This document shows positions 29,301 to 39,247 of a stretch of 64,000 nucleotides of DNA, one piece after another (positions within the stretch are counted from its first letter, which is position 1; each line of letters begins with the position of its first letter). A program made the translations under genes and the position numbers. The notes beneath the pieces are model-generated. The model worked only from the letters and a program-made list of their open reading frames with translations. It was not told the origin of the DNA and searched no databases. The DNA comes from Promethearchaeota archaeon (GTDB lineage: Archaea > Asgardarchaeota > Lokiarchaeia > Sigyniarchaeales > SOKP01): positions 32,001 to 96,000 of the forward strand of contig JAEOTP010000012.1 in NCBI GenBank assembly GCA_016839765.1, read 5' to 3'.

Positions 29301-29927
29301 ATGTTGGATGAATTAGCTTTTTTAATTTTTATTTTTTGTATTCTGACATATATCTGCGTCATATTATTTAGTTTTAAAAGGAAAAAACATACAAAGCTGA
29401 AGTTTTTAAATGAAATTTATAGCAATTGGGTAAAAAATCAAATTAAAGATGAAAATCAGTTAGTTGCTATTCAGACATTAAGAAATTTTATTATGGGAAA
29501 TTCTGCTTTTATTTCAGCCTTTTTTATCTTACTAGGACTTCTTGTGGGTTTTTATAGCAGTGGATTCTTCAATAATGAACCTTTTTGGGTTATCACAAAT
29601 TTTACTTTGGGACTTATGCAAATTAGTTTAAATATTGTAATTATTATGTTTTGTTTAATTAATTTTTCGCTCTCAATACGCTCAATAACGAGACTTTCAT
29701 TAATTATCACTGGAAATCCAGAAAAGTATTCTAAAGGTGCTTTTAATGGATTAGAGCTTGCTAACAAAACATTTATTGCTGCAAAAAATCATTGGATGGC
29801 TGGTGTGAGAGGTCTATTTTATTTAATAGCCAGTTTACTTTGGTTTATAAATTCATGGTTTTTTATCATTGGCACAATCTTAATCACATTTTATCTAATA
29901 GCTATACATGATGTTAAACTATTCTAA
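29301..29927 (+). CDS. DUF599 family membrane protein
   Basis: W......LVAIQTLRN.IM..S, F..SIR, G.RGLFY....LLWF. Confidence 0.85.
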   Translation: MLDELAFLIFIFCILTYICVILFSFKRKKHTKLKFLNEIYSNWVKNQIKDENQLVAIQTLRNFIMGNSAFISAFFILLGLLVGFYSSGFFNNEPFWVITNFTLGLMQISLNIVIIMFCLINFSLSIRSITRLSLIITGNPEKYSKGAFNGLELANKTFIAAKNHWMAGVRGLFYLIASLLWFINSWFFIIGTILITFYLIAIHDVKLF

Positions 29928-29980
29928 CTTTTAATTTTGATATTCAAAAATTTTAATTAATATTCTATTCTCTAATTATT

Positions 29981-31000
29981 ATGATCCCTTCCATTGAATG
30001 GACGAGTAATAAAGTAAAAATGATTGATCAAACTCAGCTTCCTCATAAACTTCAATTTTTAGAGTTTGATGATTTTAGGGATGTAGCTAAGGCTATTAAA
30101 GTTATGAATATAAGAGGTGCTCCTGTCATCGGTGTTGCTGCTGCAATGGGAGTCGCTTTAGCTACAATTGAATATAAAAACCTTCCAAAAGAAAAATTTT
30201 TAACCAAAATGGAAGAAGCTGCCAATATCATAAGAAGTACGAGACCTACCGCCTCCAATTTATTTTGGGCAGTAGATAGAGTCTGGAAAATAATCAGTAC
30301 TTATCCTGACGATCCAAAAAATTTATCTGAATTAGTAGTCGAAGAAGCTAAGATTATGGCTCAAGAAGACATTAATGTTAATAAAAATATAGGAAAAAAT
30401 GGTGCTACCTTATTAAAAGATGGAGATGTGGTACTTACGCACTGCAATGCAGGATCCTTAGCGACTGTTCAGTATGGCACTGCTTTAGCTCCTGTAAGAG
30501 CAGCTATTGAAGAAGGTAAAAAGATTAGAGTAATTGCGGATGAAACAAGACCCCGATTACAAGGAGCAAGACTAACTGCTTATGAACTCCAATATGATAA
30601 TATTCCTGTGAATGTTATTTCTGATACATCTTCAGGATTATTAATGAGCTTAGGAAAAATTAATAAAGTAATAGTGGGGACAGATAGAGTAACTTCAGAT
30701 GCTGTTTTTAATAAAATTGGCACATATTTAGTAGCTTTAGCCGCAAAGGATAATAACATTCCTTTTTATGTTGCAGCCCCTTCATCAACCCTCTCTCTTA
30801 ATGAAACTGTAAAAGATGTTACTATTGAGCAAAGAGATAGCAGTGAAGTCAGCAATATATTAGGGAAGGTCCAGATAATACCTAATGGTGTAGAATGTAT
30901 CAACTATGCATTTGATATTACCCCATTTAGACTTGTCTCTGCTATCATAACAGAAGACGGAATCTTTTCACCTAAGGAATTACTAGCAAAGTATAAGTAA
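29981..31000 (+). CDS. mtnA: S-methyl-5-thioribose-1-phosphate isomerase (eIF-2B alpha/beta/delta family)
   Basis: IDQT.LP, IRGAP.IG, TRPTA.NL, LTHCNAGSLAT, DETRPRLQGARLT, NKIGTY, FDITP. Confidence 0.93.
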   Translation: MIPSIEWTSNKVKMIDQTQLPHKLQFLEFDDFRDVAKAIKVMNIRGAPVIGVAAAMGVALATIEYKNLPKEKFLTKMEEAANIIRSTRPTASNLFWAVDRVWKIISTYPDDPKNLSELVVEEAKIMAQEDINVNKNIGKNGATLLKDGDVVLTHCNAGSLATVQYGTALAPVRAAIEEGKKIRVIADETRPRLQGARLTAYELQYDNIPVNVISDTSSGLLMSLGKINKVIVGTDRVTSDAVFNKIGTYLVALAAKDNNIPFYVAAPSSTLSLNETVKDVTIEQRDSSEVSNILGKVQIIPNGVECINYAFDITPFRLVSAIITEDGIFSPKELLAKYK

Positions 31001-31040
31001 TTTTTTAAATTTAAATTATCAAGTAAGATTAAGTTCTAAA

Positions 31041-31316
31041 ATGACAGCTGCGTATTTTTTTGAAAAATTTAAAACAACTAAAAAGAAGGTTCTTTTTAAG
31101 CTTTTTATATTTGCAGTTATTGAATTTATGTGTATAAACTTACATTATATTATTTCAGGAGCAACTGGAGGTCTTGATTGGACAGTAGAAAGATTATCTA
31201 CTACAATAGAGGGATTTGCTATTCAGGCTATAAATTTAGTAGGGATTATTACTGGATTTTTAATAGCAGTTTATATTATTTTGTTGCTACTCCTACTCGC
31301 TAAAGGATCTGATTGA
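31041..31316 (+). CDS. Small two-TM membrane protein (possibly a fragment)
   Basis: 91-aa ORF with two hydrophobic segments filling the gap between genes. Confidence 0.5.
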   Translation: MTAAYFFEKFKTTKKKVLFKLFIFAVIEFMCINLHYIISGATGGLDWTVERLSTTIEGFAIQAINLVGIITGFLIAVYIILLLLLLAKGSD

Positions 31317-31321
31317 TTAAA

Positions 31322-32317
31322 CTAATTATTATCATATATTTTTTGTAACATTTCTTTTAATTCTCTTAAGTTTTTTGCATTCGAAATTATTTTTCTTAGA
31401 AGTGTAGCATCTTCGATATTTTTTGTTAACCATATTGAATTTCTTTTAAGTTCGTTAAATTTATAGTCATCTATTGAATGAGAAATAATAAATACATTAT
31501 TGATAAATTCATCAATACAATCCTCATAGAGCTGTATATTTTTTTGCATCTTATATATATCATTTTTAAAAGGCATGTATCTTTCTTTTTTCAAAAAATA
31601 GTTAATTTGATTAAAAATTTCGGGATTCCCCATGGATCCTCTCCCTATCATTAATGCGTCTACATCTGTGTAATCTAGAAACATACTTGCTTTAGTTGGA
31701 CTATCTATATCCCCATTACCAATCACAGGAATATTTAATCTTTCTTTTATACTTTTTATAGTTTCTAAATCCAATTGAGATTTTTCAAATTTATTCTTTA
31801 CAGTTCGTCCATGTACTATTAAAAATTCAAGGGCAGAATTATTCACCACTCTTATTAATTTATTCAAATCAGTTATTTCTTTTACTCCTATTCTTATTTT
31901 CAGAGAAACGGGTCTAGAAGAGAATTTTAGAGCAATATTAATTAAATTAGCTAATTTGTCTAAATCTTCTAATAAAAAAGCTCCCTCTTTTGCTCTAATC
32001 GCTCGCTTTGACGGACAACCCGCATTGATATCCAACATATCAAATTTATAACTTTCAAGAGATATTATAGTTTTCTTTAAAGCTTCTGGATCTGATCCAA
32101 TTAATTGGATACTTATAGGTCTTTCTTCTTCTATTTTATATAAATCAGTAATAAACGAATTAGGACTTTTCTCAATTTTCTTAATATAGATCATAGGAAC
32201 ATAAACTAAGCCTATCTTTTGAAATTTTCTACAAAATCTCCTATATGGTGCTGTAGTCACCTCTTGCATAGGCGCTAATAATAAATTATTATCTATAGAA
32301 AGTGTCCCCAGTTTCAT
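31322..32317 (-). CDS. dus: tRNA-dihydrouridine synthase (DusB-like)
   Basis: LAPM, QLIGSDP, DINAGCP, SLKIRIG, VHGRT, IGNGDI, MIGRG..GNP. Confidence 0.92.
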   Translation of the reverse strand: MKLGTLSIDNNLLLAPMQEVTTAPYRRFCRKFQKIGLVYVPMIYIKKIEKSPNSFITDLYKIEEERPISIQLIGSDPEALKKTIISLESYKFDMLDINAGCPSKRAIRAKEGAFLLEDLDKLANLINIALKFSSRPVSLKIRIGVKEITDLNKLIRVVNNSALEFLIVHGRTVKNKFEKSQLDLETIKSIKERLNIPVIGNGDIDSPTKASMFLDYTDVDALMIGRGSMGNPEIFNQINYFLKKERYMPFKNDIYKMQKNIQLYEDCIDEFINNVFIISHSIDDYKFNELKRNSIWLTKNIEDATLLRKIISNAKNLRELKEMLQKIYDNN

Positions 32318-32441
32318 TTTACTAAAAACAAAATATTATCTAAATTTTCAAACTATAAACATGAAATTTTTATAAAAAATGAATTTTACTTAATTAGCTT
32401 TAAATTGCATATATTTGTTCTTTAAATAAAATATTATAGAA

Positions 32442-32954
32442 GTGAAAAAATTTACGATGTATGAATATCTAAACGAATTCGAATTTAAAGAGACTCTGAA
32501 AGAGTTATCATATATAGAGGGAGAACCGTTAATATTAAGTAATGAATTTAGTTTTTTCCATAATAAAAACAAATTCAGAAAAGATTTAAATCGATTACAA
32601 TATATCTTCAAAGATTATACCAAAGACTCTCTTGTAGCAGCAGGTATCCGAGATACCTATTTAAAAGAAGAATACACTGAAAATTTTCTAATTGTTTTAT
32701 TTACTACCAATGAAATTGTTAAGAATGCAAATGAATTCATAGAGAAATATATAAATAAGAAATTTAACTCTGGTTGTTTTTATTTAGAAACAACATCTAA
32801 CTATATGTTATTAATTGCAAAAGAGATGAAAGGCTTAATTTCTGGAATCGATATTATGGAAGAGATTTTTACCCAAACCTTTGAAGATTATCTTAAACAA
32901 GCAAAGTTTGATGATTATATTAAGATTAGACAATTTTTTATAAATAATTGTTAA
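32442..32954 (+). CDS. Hypothetical protein resembling a stand-alone hexosaminidase domain 2 (GH20b-like)
   Basis: GCFYLETTSNYMLLIAKEMKGLISGIDIMEEIF resembles EGYNLEIEKNFILIYSIHERGLFYGLQTLIQLL in the GH20 gene at 60589. Confidence 0.55.
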   Translation: MKKFTMYEYLNEFEFKETLKELSYIEGEPLILSNEFSFFHNKNKFRKDLNRLQYIFKDYTKDSLVAAGIRDTYLKEEYTENFLIVLFTTNEIVKNANEFIEKYINKKFNSGCFYLETTSNYMLLIAKEMKGLISGIDIMEEIFTQTFEDYLKQAKFDDYIKIRQFFINNC

Positions 32955-32995
32955 AATGATAAAATTGTTAAAAAGAGATATAATTTGATTTGAAT

Positions 32996-34717
32996 TTAAT
33001 TACCATACTTCCAAGGTTTTTGTCTTTTTAAGTTATATGCTTTGTCAGCATATTCCTCAACCATTCGATGAGTGTTAAAATAAGCAGCAAGCGAAATTGC
33101 ATTTTTACATCTAAATAACCACTCATCATGATTTAAATAAGTTGGAATAACCTCATTCTCCAAGATGTCATAAAAAGCTTTAGCATCAATTTCCCAATTA
33201 TTAGACAGAGCTGGATCCTCTGGATTTGAATCATTTGGCCCAATACTCCATCCTGCCATAGAATTCATTTTATAACCTTCTAGCCACCAACCATCTTGAA
33301 TACTCAGATTTAAAACTCCATTTAAAGCAGCCTTCATTCCACTAGTGCCACTTGCTTCGCGATATCTTTCAGGAGTATTAAGCCATATATCACAACCAGA
33401 AACTAGCATTTGAGATAAGTCCATATTATAATTTTCCATTAAAACAACTTTAACTCCATAATTATTATAAAGATATTCTCCAGATTCATAAATCTTTTTA
33501 ATAAAATCCTTACCAGCTTGATCTTTTGGATGAGCTTTCCCTGCAAAAATGAATTGGACATTTCCCTTACAAATTTTCCCTAATCGATCAATATCATGAA
33601 ATATGAGCACTGCTCTTTTATAGGTAGAGAACCTTCTAGCAAATCCTATTGTAATAAGTTCCTCGTCTAGCAAATTCCAGCTATGTCCTTTCTGATAACT
33701 TATAAGTCCAAATTTATTTTCAATATGAGCATCAAAAAGATCTAAATCATCCAATTCTATGGCATTTTGGAGTACAATAGGATTTGCTGTCCAATTTGGC
33801 CATTTCTTATCAAAGATTTGGCTAATTGGTTTTGATACCCAAAATGGTAGATGAATTCCATTTGTAATATAATCAATTTCATATTGCGGAAACATTTTCT
33901 TGGTGATTTCTGCATGTTTTTTAGAAACTCCATTCCTATATTTTGAAAGGTTCATCCCTAAACGTGTCATATTAAATTGTCCATTATCCTCCCCTAATTT
34001 TAGAATTTCTTTGGGTATTCTACTTTCGAATACTTTCTTTACTAAACTTTGATCAAATCTGTCATGCCCAGCTGGAACTGGTGTGTGAGTAGTAAATGCA
34101 ACGCTTGACTTTACCTTTTCAATATCACCACCAAACATATTGAATAACTCAATTGTGGCGAATGATCCATGACCTTCATTTAGATGATAAGTCTTAATAT
34201 TATTATAGCCCAAAGAATTTAAGAGGCGGACACCCCCGATTCCAAGAATTATTTCTTGTACAATACGATTCCACTTCGAAGTAGAATCGTACAGAGATCC
34301 CGTCATTTTTTTCATCCAATCCTCATTTCCATCTATATCAGTAGTAAGGAGATAAATCGGAAGGATATGGCCTGATTGCCCAATTACTTTATATAACCAA
34401 GCAGAAACCTTAACATTTTTATTTTCAATTTTAATACAAATTGGTTTTTCAACCTTATCAAATTCATAGAAAAAATTCCATTCAACTTCTTTTTCTTTTT
34501 GTTCTCCGGTTTCATCAAATAATTGATAAAAATAGCCCGAACTATAGCAAAGACAGACAGCTACCATAGGTATTTCAAGATCAGCAGCAGATCTTACTGT
34601 ATCTCCTGATAAAACTCCTAAACCCCCAGAATATGTTGGTATATTACTGTCCATTCCGATTTCCATGGAGATATATGCAACAGTTGTATTTTGCCTTAAA
34701 CTATCGTCGATTTCCAT
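32996..34717 (-). CDS. glgP: Alpha-glucan (glycogen/maltodextrin) phosphorylase
   Basis: YSGGLGVLSGD, HLNEGH, FTTHTPVPAGHD, FARRF..YKR, EASGTSGMKAALNG. Confidence 0.96.
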   Translation of the reverse strand: MEIDDSLRQNTTVAYISMEIGMDSNIPTYSGGLGVLSGDTVRSAADLEIPMVAVCLCYSSGYFYQLFDETGEQKEKEVEWNFFYEFDKVEKPICIKIENKNVKVSAWLYKVIGQSGHILPIYLLTTDIDGNEDWMKKMTGSLYDSTSKWNRIVQEIILGIGGVRLLNSLGYNNIKTYHLNEGHGSFATIELFNMFGGDIEKVKSSVAFTTHTPVPAGHDRFDQSLVKKVFESRIPKEILKLGEDNGQFNMTRLGMNLSKYRNGVSKKHAEITKKMFPQYEIDYITNGIHLPFWVSKPISQIFDKKWPNWTANPIVLQNAIELDDLDLFDAHIENKFGLISYQKGHSWNLLDEELITIGFARRFSTYKRAVLIFHDIDRLGKICKGNVQFIFAGKAHPKDQAGKDFIKKIYESGEYLYNNYGVKVVLMENYNMDLSQMLVSGCDIWLNTPERYREASGTSGMKAALNGVLNLSIQDGWWLEGYKMNSMAGWSIGPNDSNPEDPALSNNWEIDAKAFYDILENEVIPTYLNHDEWLFRCKNAISLAAYFNTHRMVEEYADKAYNLKRQKPWKYGN

Positions 34718-34841
34718 AAATCATCATCTTTAAAATCTATATTTGAAATATATTCTTTTTCATATATTATGTAAAAGTTTATTATTAAATTCTTATGTTA
34801 AAAGAAAATAAAGGAAAAATAGCATTTTAATCATAATATTA

Positions 34842-34859
34842 TGTATGTATTGACATACA
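34842..34859. promoter_or_regulatory. Perfect 7-4-7 inverted repeat TGTATGT-ATTG-ACATACA, candidate operator upstream of glgP
   Basis: Exact palindrome about 125 bp upstream of the glgP start. Confidence 0.35.
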
Positions 34860-34909
34860 AAATTAAAAAAAACTTTAAAATTTAAGGTATTTAATTTTTT
34901 AGATTATAT

Positions 34910-35557
34910 TTATATTTTAAGAGATTTATTTTCTAATATCTCTACTTTTATGCTAGGATCTTTAGCATTCATAATTTCTTTAAACTTATTTAAATCAGCG
35001 CCCCAAGAATGCATTGGAACAACAATTTCAGGCCGTATATCCATTGCAGCATCTGTAGCTTCTTCCATATCCATTGTATATGTCCCTCCGCAAGGGAGTA
35101 AGGCGACAGTTATATTTCTTTTAGCTAAATCCTTCATTTCTGGAATTCTCTCAGTATCACCAGCATGATATACACTTCTTCCTGCTGATTCGATTATTGT
35201 TCCTGCCCAACCATTACTCTTTGGATGTGTGCTCTTTTTTATGGTGTATGCAGGAAATAATTCTATTCTAAAATCTTTATAAGCAAATTCTTCACCAAAT
35301 TTTAAAGGTTTTCCATTAAATTCTGCTAAACTACTAGCAATACTGTTTGGACCTATTAAGATAGTAGAATCTTCCCATAACTTCTTAATATCCGTAGTTG
35401 AGAAATGATCCCCATGTGTATGAGATGATATAATTATATCTGCTTTTTCTTCACCTTCTTTAATATTATATGGGTCTAAATAGATAATCCTACCGCTAAA
35501 CATTGTAACCTTGAAAGCGGCATGACCCAGCCAAAAAATTTCCATTTGTGATTCCAT
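34910..35557 (-). CDS. MBL-fold metallo-hydrolase (UPF0173-like)
   Basis: WLGHA.F, SHTHGDH, YHAGDT, VVPMH. Confidence 0.9.
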   Translation of the reverse strand: MESQMEIFWLGHAAFKVTMFSGRIIYLDPYNIKEGEEKADIIISSHTHGDHFSTTDIKKLWEDSTILIGPNSIASSLAEFNGKPLKFGEEFAYKDFRIELFPAYTIKKSTHPKSNGWAGTIIESAGRSVYHAGDTERIPEMKDLAKRNITVALLPCGGTYTMDMEEATDAAMDIRPEIVVPMHSWGADLNKFKEIMNAKDPSIKVEILENKSLKI

Positions 35558-35665
35558 ACATTTTCACTTCTTCCAAATTTAAATTATAATTATTATTTAT
35601 AATTCAAACTTATATAACTCTATCTGATATTAAAACAAATAATAAGGAGAATTATAAGCAGAACA

Positions 35666-36052
35666 CTAATCTTCAGATTTTAAATCCAGTTCTGGTTTTG
35701 TTAAAGAAATTTTTTTAGAAATTCCAAATTTGTCAGATTTAGAAATGTCAATATTTTCGAGTTGTTCATTAAAAATTTTATTTCCAAAATCGGGAATTTG
35801 GTTTACCTTATTAATTTCTGGAATCTTATGAATCAAATTTGGTTTTAAAGTATTTTGTATGTGAAAGACATTTCTCTCTAATTTCTTTTTATTAGTAATG
35901 TGTTTCTTATAAAAAGGATTTTCTGTTTTAAGCGGATTTATATTAAGCATTTCCAAATTTAAATCATTAGCTGGTCTTGTGCTTACAGAAATTCGACAAA
36001 TTGGACAATTTATTTCATCAAGACCATGTTTACAAATCATAACTTTTTCCAC
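35666..36052 (-). CDS. Hypothetical protein with N-terminal CxH-x5-CxxC putative zinc knuckle
   Basis: CKHGLDEINCPIC followed by a low-complexity Asn/Lys/Pro tail. Confidence 0.6.
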   Translation of the reverse strand: MEKVMICKHGLDEINCPICRISVSTRPANDLNLEMLNINPLKTENPFYKKHITNKKKLERNVFHIQNTLKPNLIHKIPEINKVNQIPDFGNKIFNEQLENIDISKSDKFGISKKISLTKPELDLKSED

Positions 36053-36119
36053 TCAAATAGATTTTCTTTTCTGAATTCTTTAAATTAATTTTATTTTATA
36101 TTTCTTTTTATTATTAATT

Positions 36120-37232
36120 ATGAGCGAGTTATTAGAGGAAATTAAATCTCAATCCTTAGCACTAAGAGAGACTTTAAATTATATAATGAACGATGGAAAA
36201 CCTCAATTTCTAATTGTAAAGGACTTCATAAAAAAAGGAGGAATAAATAAACTAATCTTCACAGGAATGGGATCTAGTTATATTAGCACATACCTACCCT
36301 ATTATATATTAAATCAATACGGAATAACAACTGAAATAAGAGATTCTGGAGAATTTCTATTCAATTTGTTTCCAGAAAAAAAGAAAGATATTTTTAAAAA
36401 TACGGGAATAATCATTATCTCTCAATCTGGTGAATCAGGTGAAATTCGAGAACTACTTAGGAAAATTAATTCAATTGATGATACTCCTTTAACAATTGGT
36501 ATAACAAATGATCCTGATAGTTATCTTGCATCCATGACAGAATTACAAATTTTAATGAATTTTGATAAGGAAGTATCAGTAACATCAAAAAGTTATGTTT
36601 GCACTTTATTATTGCTTTATGTGATGGCTAAAACAATAATAGGTGAATTTTTTACAAATGAAAGTGAACATGAGAAAATTGATCAGTTAATAACTGAAGT
36701 GGATGTTTTAATGAATGATAAAGCTAGTTTAAATAAAATCTGGAAAGATTTAATAGATTCTTTTGGTTACAACATGAATTTTATCGAGATTTTATCGCGA
36801 GGTTCTTCAATGGTTACTGCTCATCAAGCTGCTTTGAATTGTAAAGAAATTGCAAAGGTTTATTCGGAAGCAAGTTCCATATCTACGTTTAGACACGGAG
36901 GTATAGAATGTCTTAATGATAACACCACTATAATTTTGATTACCTCAGATAATAAGAATTTACAATTAAATACGAAATTCCTAGATAATCTGATTAATAA
37001 TTGGAAGTGTAAAAAGGTTCTTCATATAACAAATCAAAATTTTAATAATAAACTCGAGAAGATTCATAAGAATTCTAGAATAATTGTTTATCGGCATAAT
37101 ATTATTGATAATTATTTGGCCCCAATAATGGAAATTATTATTCTACAATTACTCTTTTATAAAATAGCTGAAAAAAGAGGTATTAAACCGGGGAGTTTTT
37201 ACTTTACTAAGAAAATCACAGATGATCTCTAA
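36120..37232 (+). CDS. Double-SIS domain sugar-phosphate isomerase/deaminase (GlmS isomerase domain-like)
   Basis: EI..Q, GMGSSY, ISQSGES.E, ITN...S.LA, TSKSY, FRHG..E. Confidence 0.88.
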   Translation: MSELLEEIKSQSLALRETLNYIMNDGKPQFLIVKDFIKKGGINKLIFTGMGSSYISTYLPYYILNQYGITTEIRDSGEFLFNLFPEKKKDIFKNTGIIIISQSGESGEIRELLRKINSIDDTPLTIGITNDPDSYLASMTELQILMNFDKEVSVTSKSYVCTLLLLYVMAKTIIGEFFTNESEHEKIDQLITEVDVLMNDKASLNKIWKDLIDSFGYNMNFIEILSRGSSMVTAHQAALNCKEIAKVYSEASSISTFRHGGIECLNDNTTIILITSDNKNLQLNTKFLDNLINNWKCKKVLHITNQNFNNKLEKIHKNSRIIVYRHNIIDNYLAPIMEIIILQLLFYKIAEKRGIKPGSFYFTKKITDDL

Positions 37233-37349
37233 TAGTATCTGTTTGGAGAATTTAAAAATTTTTAATATAAACTTTTTATATTTGGTTCTATTAAATTTAT
37301 TATTTGAAATTTAAAATAGAAATTGAAAATATAAATTGATTGAATACTT

Positions 37350-39122
37350 ATGGCAAAATTTCATATTGACGAAAATAAAAGTTGGTTTCATCACTGGTGG
37401 CCTGAAGGAGTGCCATTTAATACTGAATTTGAAGAAATTAGTCTTGGTGATTTTTTTGAAAAACAAAGAAAAAAGTATCCAGCAAATAATATTATATGGT
37501 TCATAGATACATGGATGACCTACGACGAAATTGGAAAATATATTGATTCGTTTGCAACTGCACTTCATAATCTTGGTATAAAGAAAGGAGATGTAGTAGC
37601 TTTGTTATTACCTAATTCTTTTCAATATGTTATTTCCTTTTATGCATGTGCAAAACTGGGAATAATATCAACAGGTATAAATACAACTTATAAACCACTT
37701 GAAGTACTTCATCATCTTGAATTAACAAATGCTAGGGTATTAATCGTGTTAGATTCACTTTATAGCGATTTAGCAGGACCTATCATTCAAAAAACAAATG
37801 TGGAAATAGTAATATCTACCAACGCTATTGATTTAGCAACAGGTCTTTCAGGGATTAAAAAAGTTTTAGGAAAGATGTTAGGAAAAATTCCTTCAGGAAA
37901 AGTTGATTTTAATCCATCATATAAATTTATGGATCTCCTAAACACAGAACCAAATCTACCACAAGTAAGTTTTGATCCTAAAACTCATACGGCAACTTAT
38001 ATAATGACGGGGGGAACTACAGGGGTCCCTAAAGCAACAGTGTTAACCCACTATAACTTAGTATCAAATGTTAAACAAGTAATTGAGATTTTCGGAGGAG
38101 AACAACCTGGGATGGGAGATGTTGGAGTTTTACCATTGTTTCATTCATTTGCTATGACAGCTGTTATGAACGTAGCAATTGGACTAGGAGGGTGGATGAT
38201 GCTTTTTGTAAGACCTCCCTCTACTGAAGATTTAATTAAAACGATTGATAAATTACCTGCACCTCAAGGTCTTGCTTATGCTGGAGCAGAAATTCTGTTC
38301 AAAAGAATTGCTGATTACCCACATTTAAAAAAATTCCCCCATTTAATGGGTAAAATGAAATTAAACGTTTCTGGGGCTGGTGCTTTACATGCACCAGTAA
38401 GAGATGGATTTGAAAGAAAAACAGGTGGAAGAATTGTAGAAGGGTATGGCTTATCTGAGGCTAGCCCGGTCGTTAGCTGTGGGAATTTATTTGGTGAAAG
38501 CCCTATTGGAACAATAGGTATACCTTTACCAGGTACAGATTGGGCAATTTTTGACGCTGCCGCTCCAACCCTCGAAGAAGGACCTATTGCTGATGGACTT
38601 CAAGGCTCTAATTATGGAGAAGAACATTCAGGTGAGTTATGTATAAATGGTCCACAGGTAATGAAAGAATATTTAAACCAACCAGAAGAGAGTAAAGAGA
38701 CGTTACAAGAATGGAATGGACGAATTTGGTTAAGAACAGGTGATATTGGATATATGCGTGAAGACGGAACTGTAACATTAATGGATCGTAAAAAACAATT
38801 GATTAAAGTTGCTGGTCATTCAGTATTTCCTACTGAGATCGAAACTATGCTGATGAAGCATGAAGGTGTTTCAGAAGCAGCGGTAGCAGGGTTACCTGAT
38901 CCTGAAGGAAAAGTTGGTGAAATAGCTAAAGCATGGGTTGCTCTAAAACCAGAATATGTAGGAAAAATTTCAGAAGAAGATTTGGTAGCATGGGCAAAGG
39001 AGAGTATGACCCATTGGAAAATCCCAAAATTCATAGAATTTATCGATGATGTACCCAAAAATATATTAGGAAAGGTTCAGAGAAGAATACTTCAAGAAGC
39101 TGATCCCCTCTATAAGAAATAA
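37350..39122 (+). CDS. Long-chain fatty acid-CoA ligase (AMP-binding)
   Basis: MTGGTTGVPK, LPLFHSF, EGYGLSEASP, RTGDIG, DRKKQLI, GKVQRR. Confidence 0.95.
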   Translation: MAKFHIDENKSWFHHWWPEGVPFNTEFEEISLGDFFEKQRKKYPANNIIWFIDTWMTYDEIGKYIDSFATALHNLGIKKGDVVALLLPNSFQYVISFYACAKLGIISTGINTTYKPLEVLHHLELTNARVLIVLDSLYSDLAGPIIQKTNVEIVISTNAIDLATGLSGIKKVLGKMLGKIPSGKVDFNPSYKFMDLLNTEPNLPQVSFDPKTHTATYIMTGGTTGVPKATVLTHYNLVSNVKQVIEIFGGEQPGMGDVGVLPLFHSFAMTAVMNVAIGLGGWMMLFVRPPSTEDLIKTIDKLPAPQGLAYAGAEILFKRIADYPHLKKFPHLMGKMKLNVSGAGALHAPVRDGFERKTGGRIVEGYGLSEASPVVSCGNLFGESPIGTIGIPLPGTDWAIFDAAAPTLEEGPIADGLQGSNYGEEHSGELCINGPQVMKEYLNQPEESKETLQEWNGRIWLRTGDIGYMREDGTVTLMDRKKQLIKVAGHSVFPTEIETMLMKHEGVSEAAVAGLPDPEGKVGEIAKAWVALKPEYVGKISEEDLVAWAKESMTHWKIPKFIEFIDDVPKNILGKVQRRILQEADPLYKK

Positions 39123-39163
39123 TTATAATATTTTTTTACTTATTTTAACCCTTTTTTTAAGAA

Positions 39164-39247
39164 ATATTTAAAGCTAAATTTTTAATAGAAAATATTAATT
39201 TATCTAGTCCAAGTAATATATTTAAAGCTAAATTTTTAATAGAAAAT
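39164..39247 (+). repeat. Exact 30-bp direct repeat (39164-39193 and 39218-39247); probable duplicated promoter
   Basis: ATATTTAAAGCTAAATTTTTAATAGAAAAT occurs twice, 24 bp apart; the second copy runs into the ATG at 39246. Confidence 0.85.

Noticed and set aside
39164-39247. Possible mini-CRISPR (30-bp repeats with a 24-bp spacer)
   Set aside because: Only two copies, short spacer, no cas genes, and the second copy overlaps a start codon; a promoter duplication fits better
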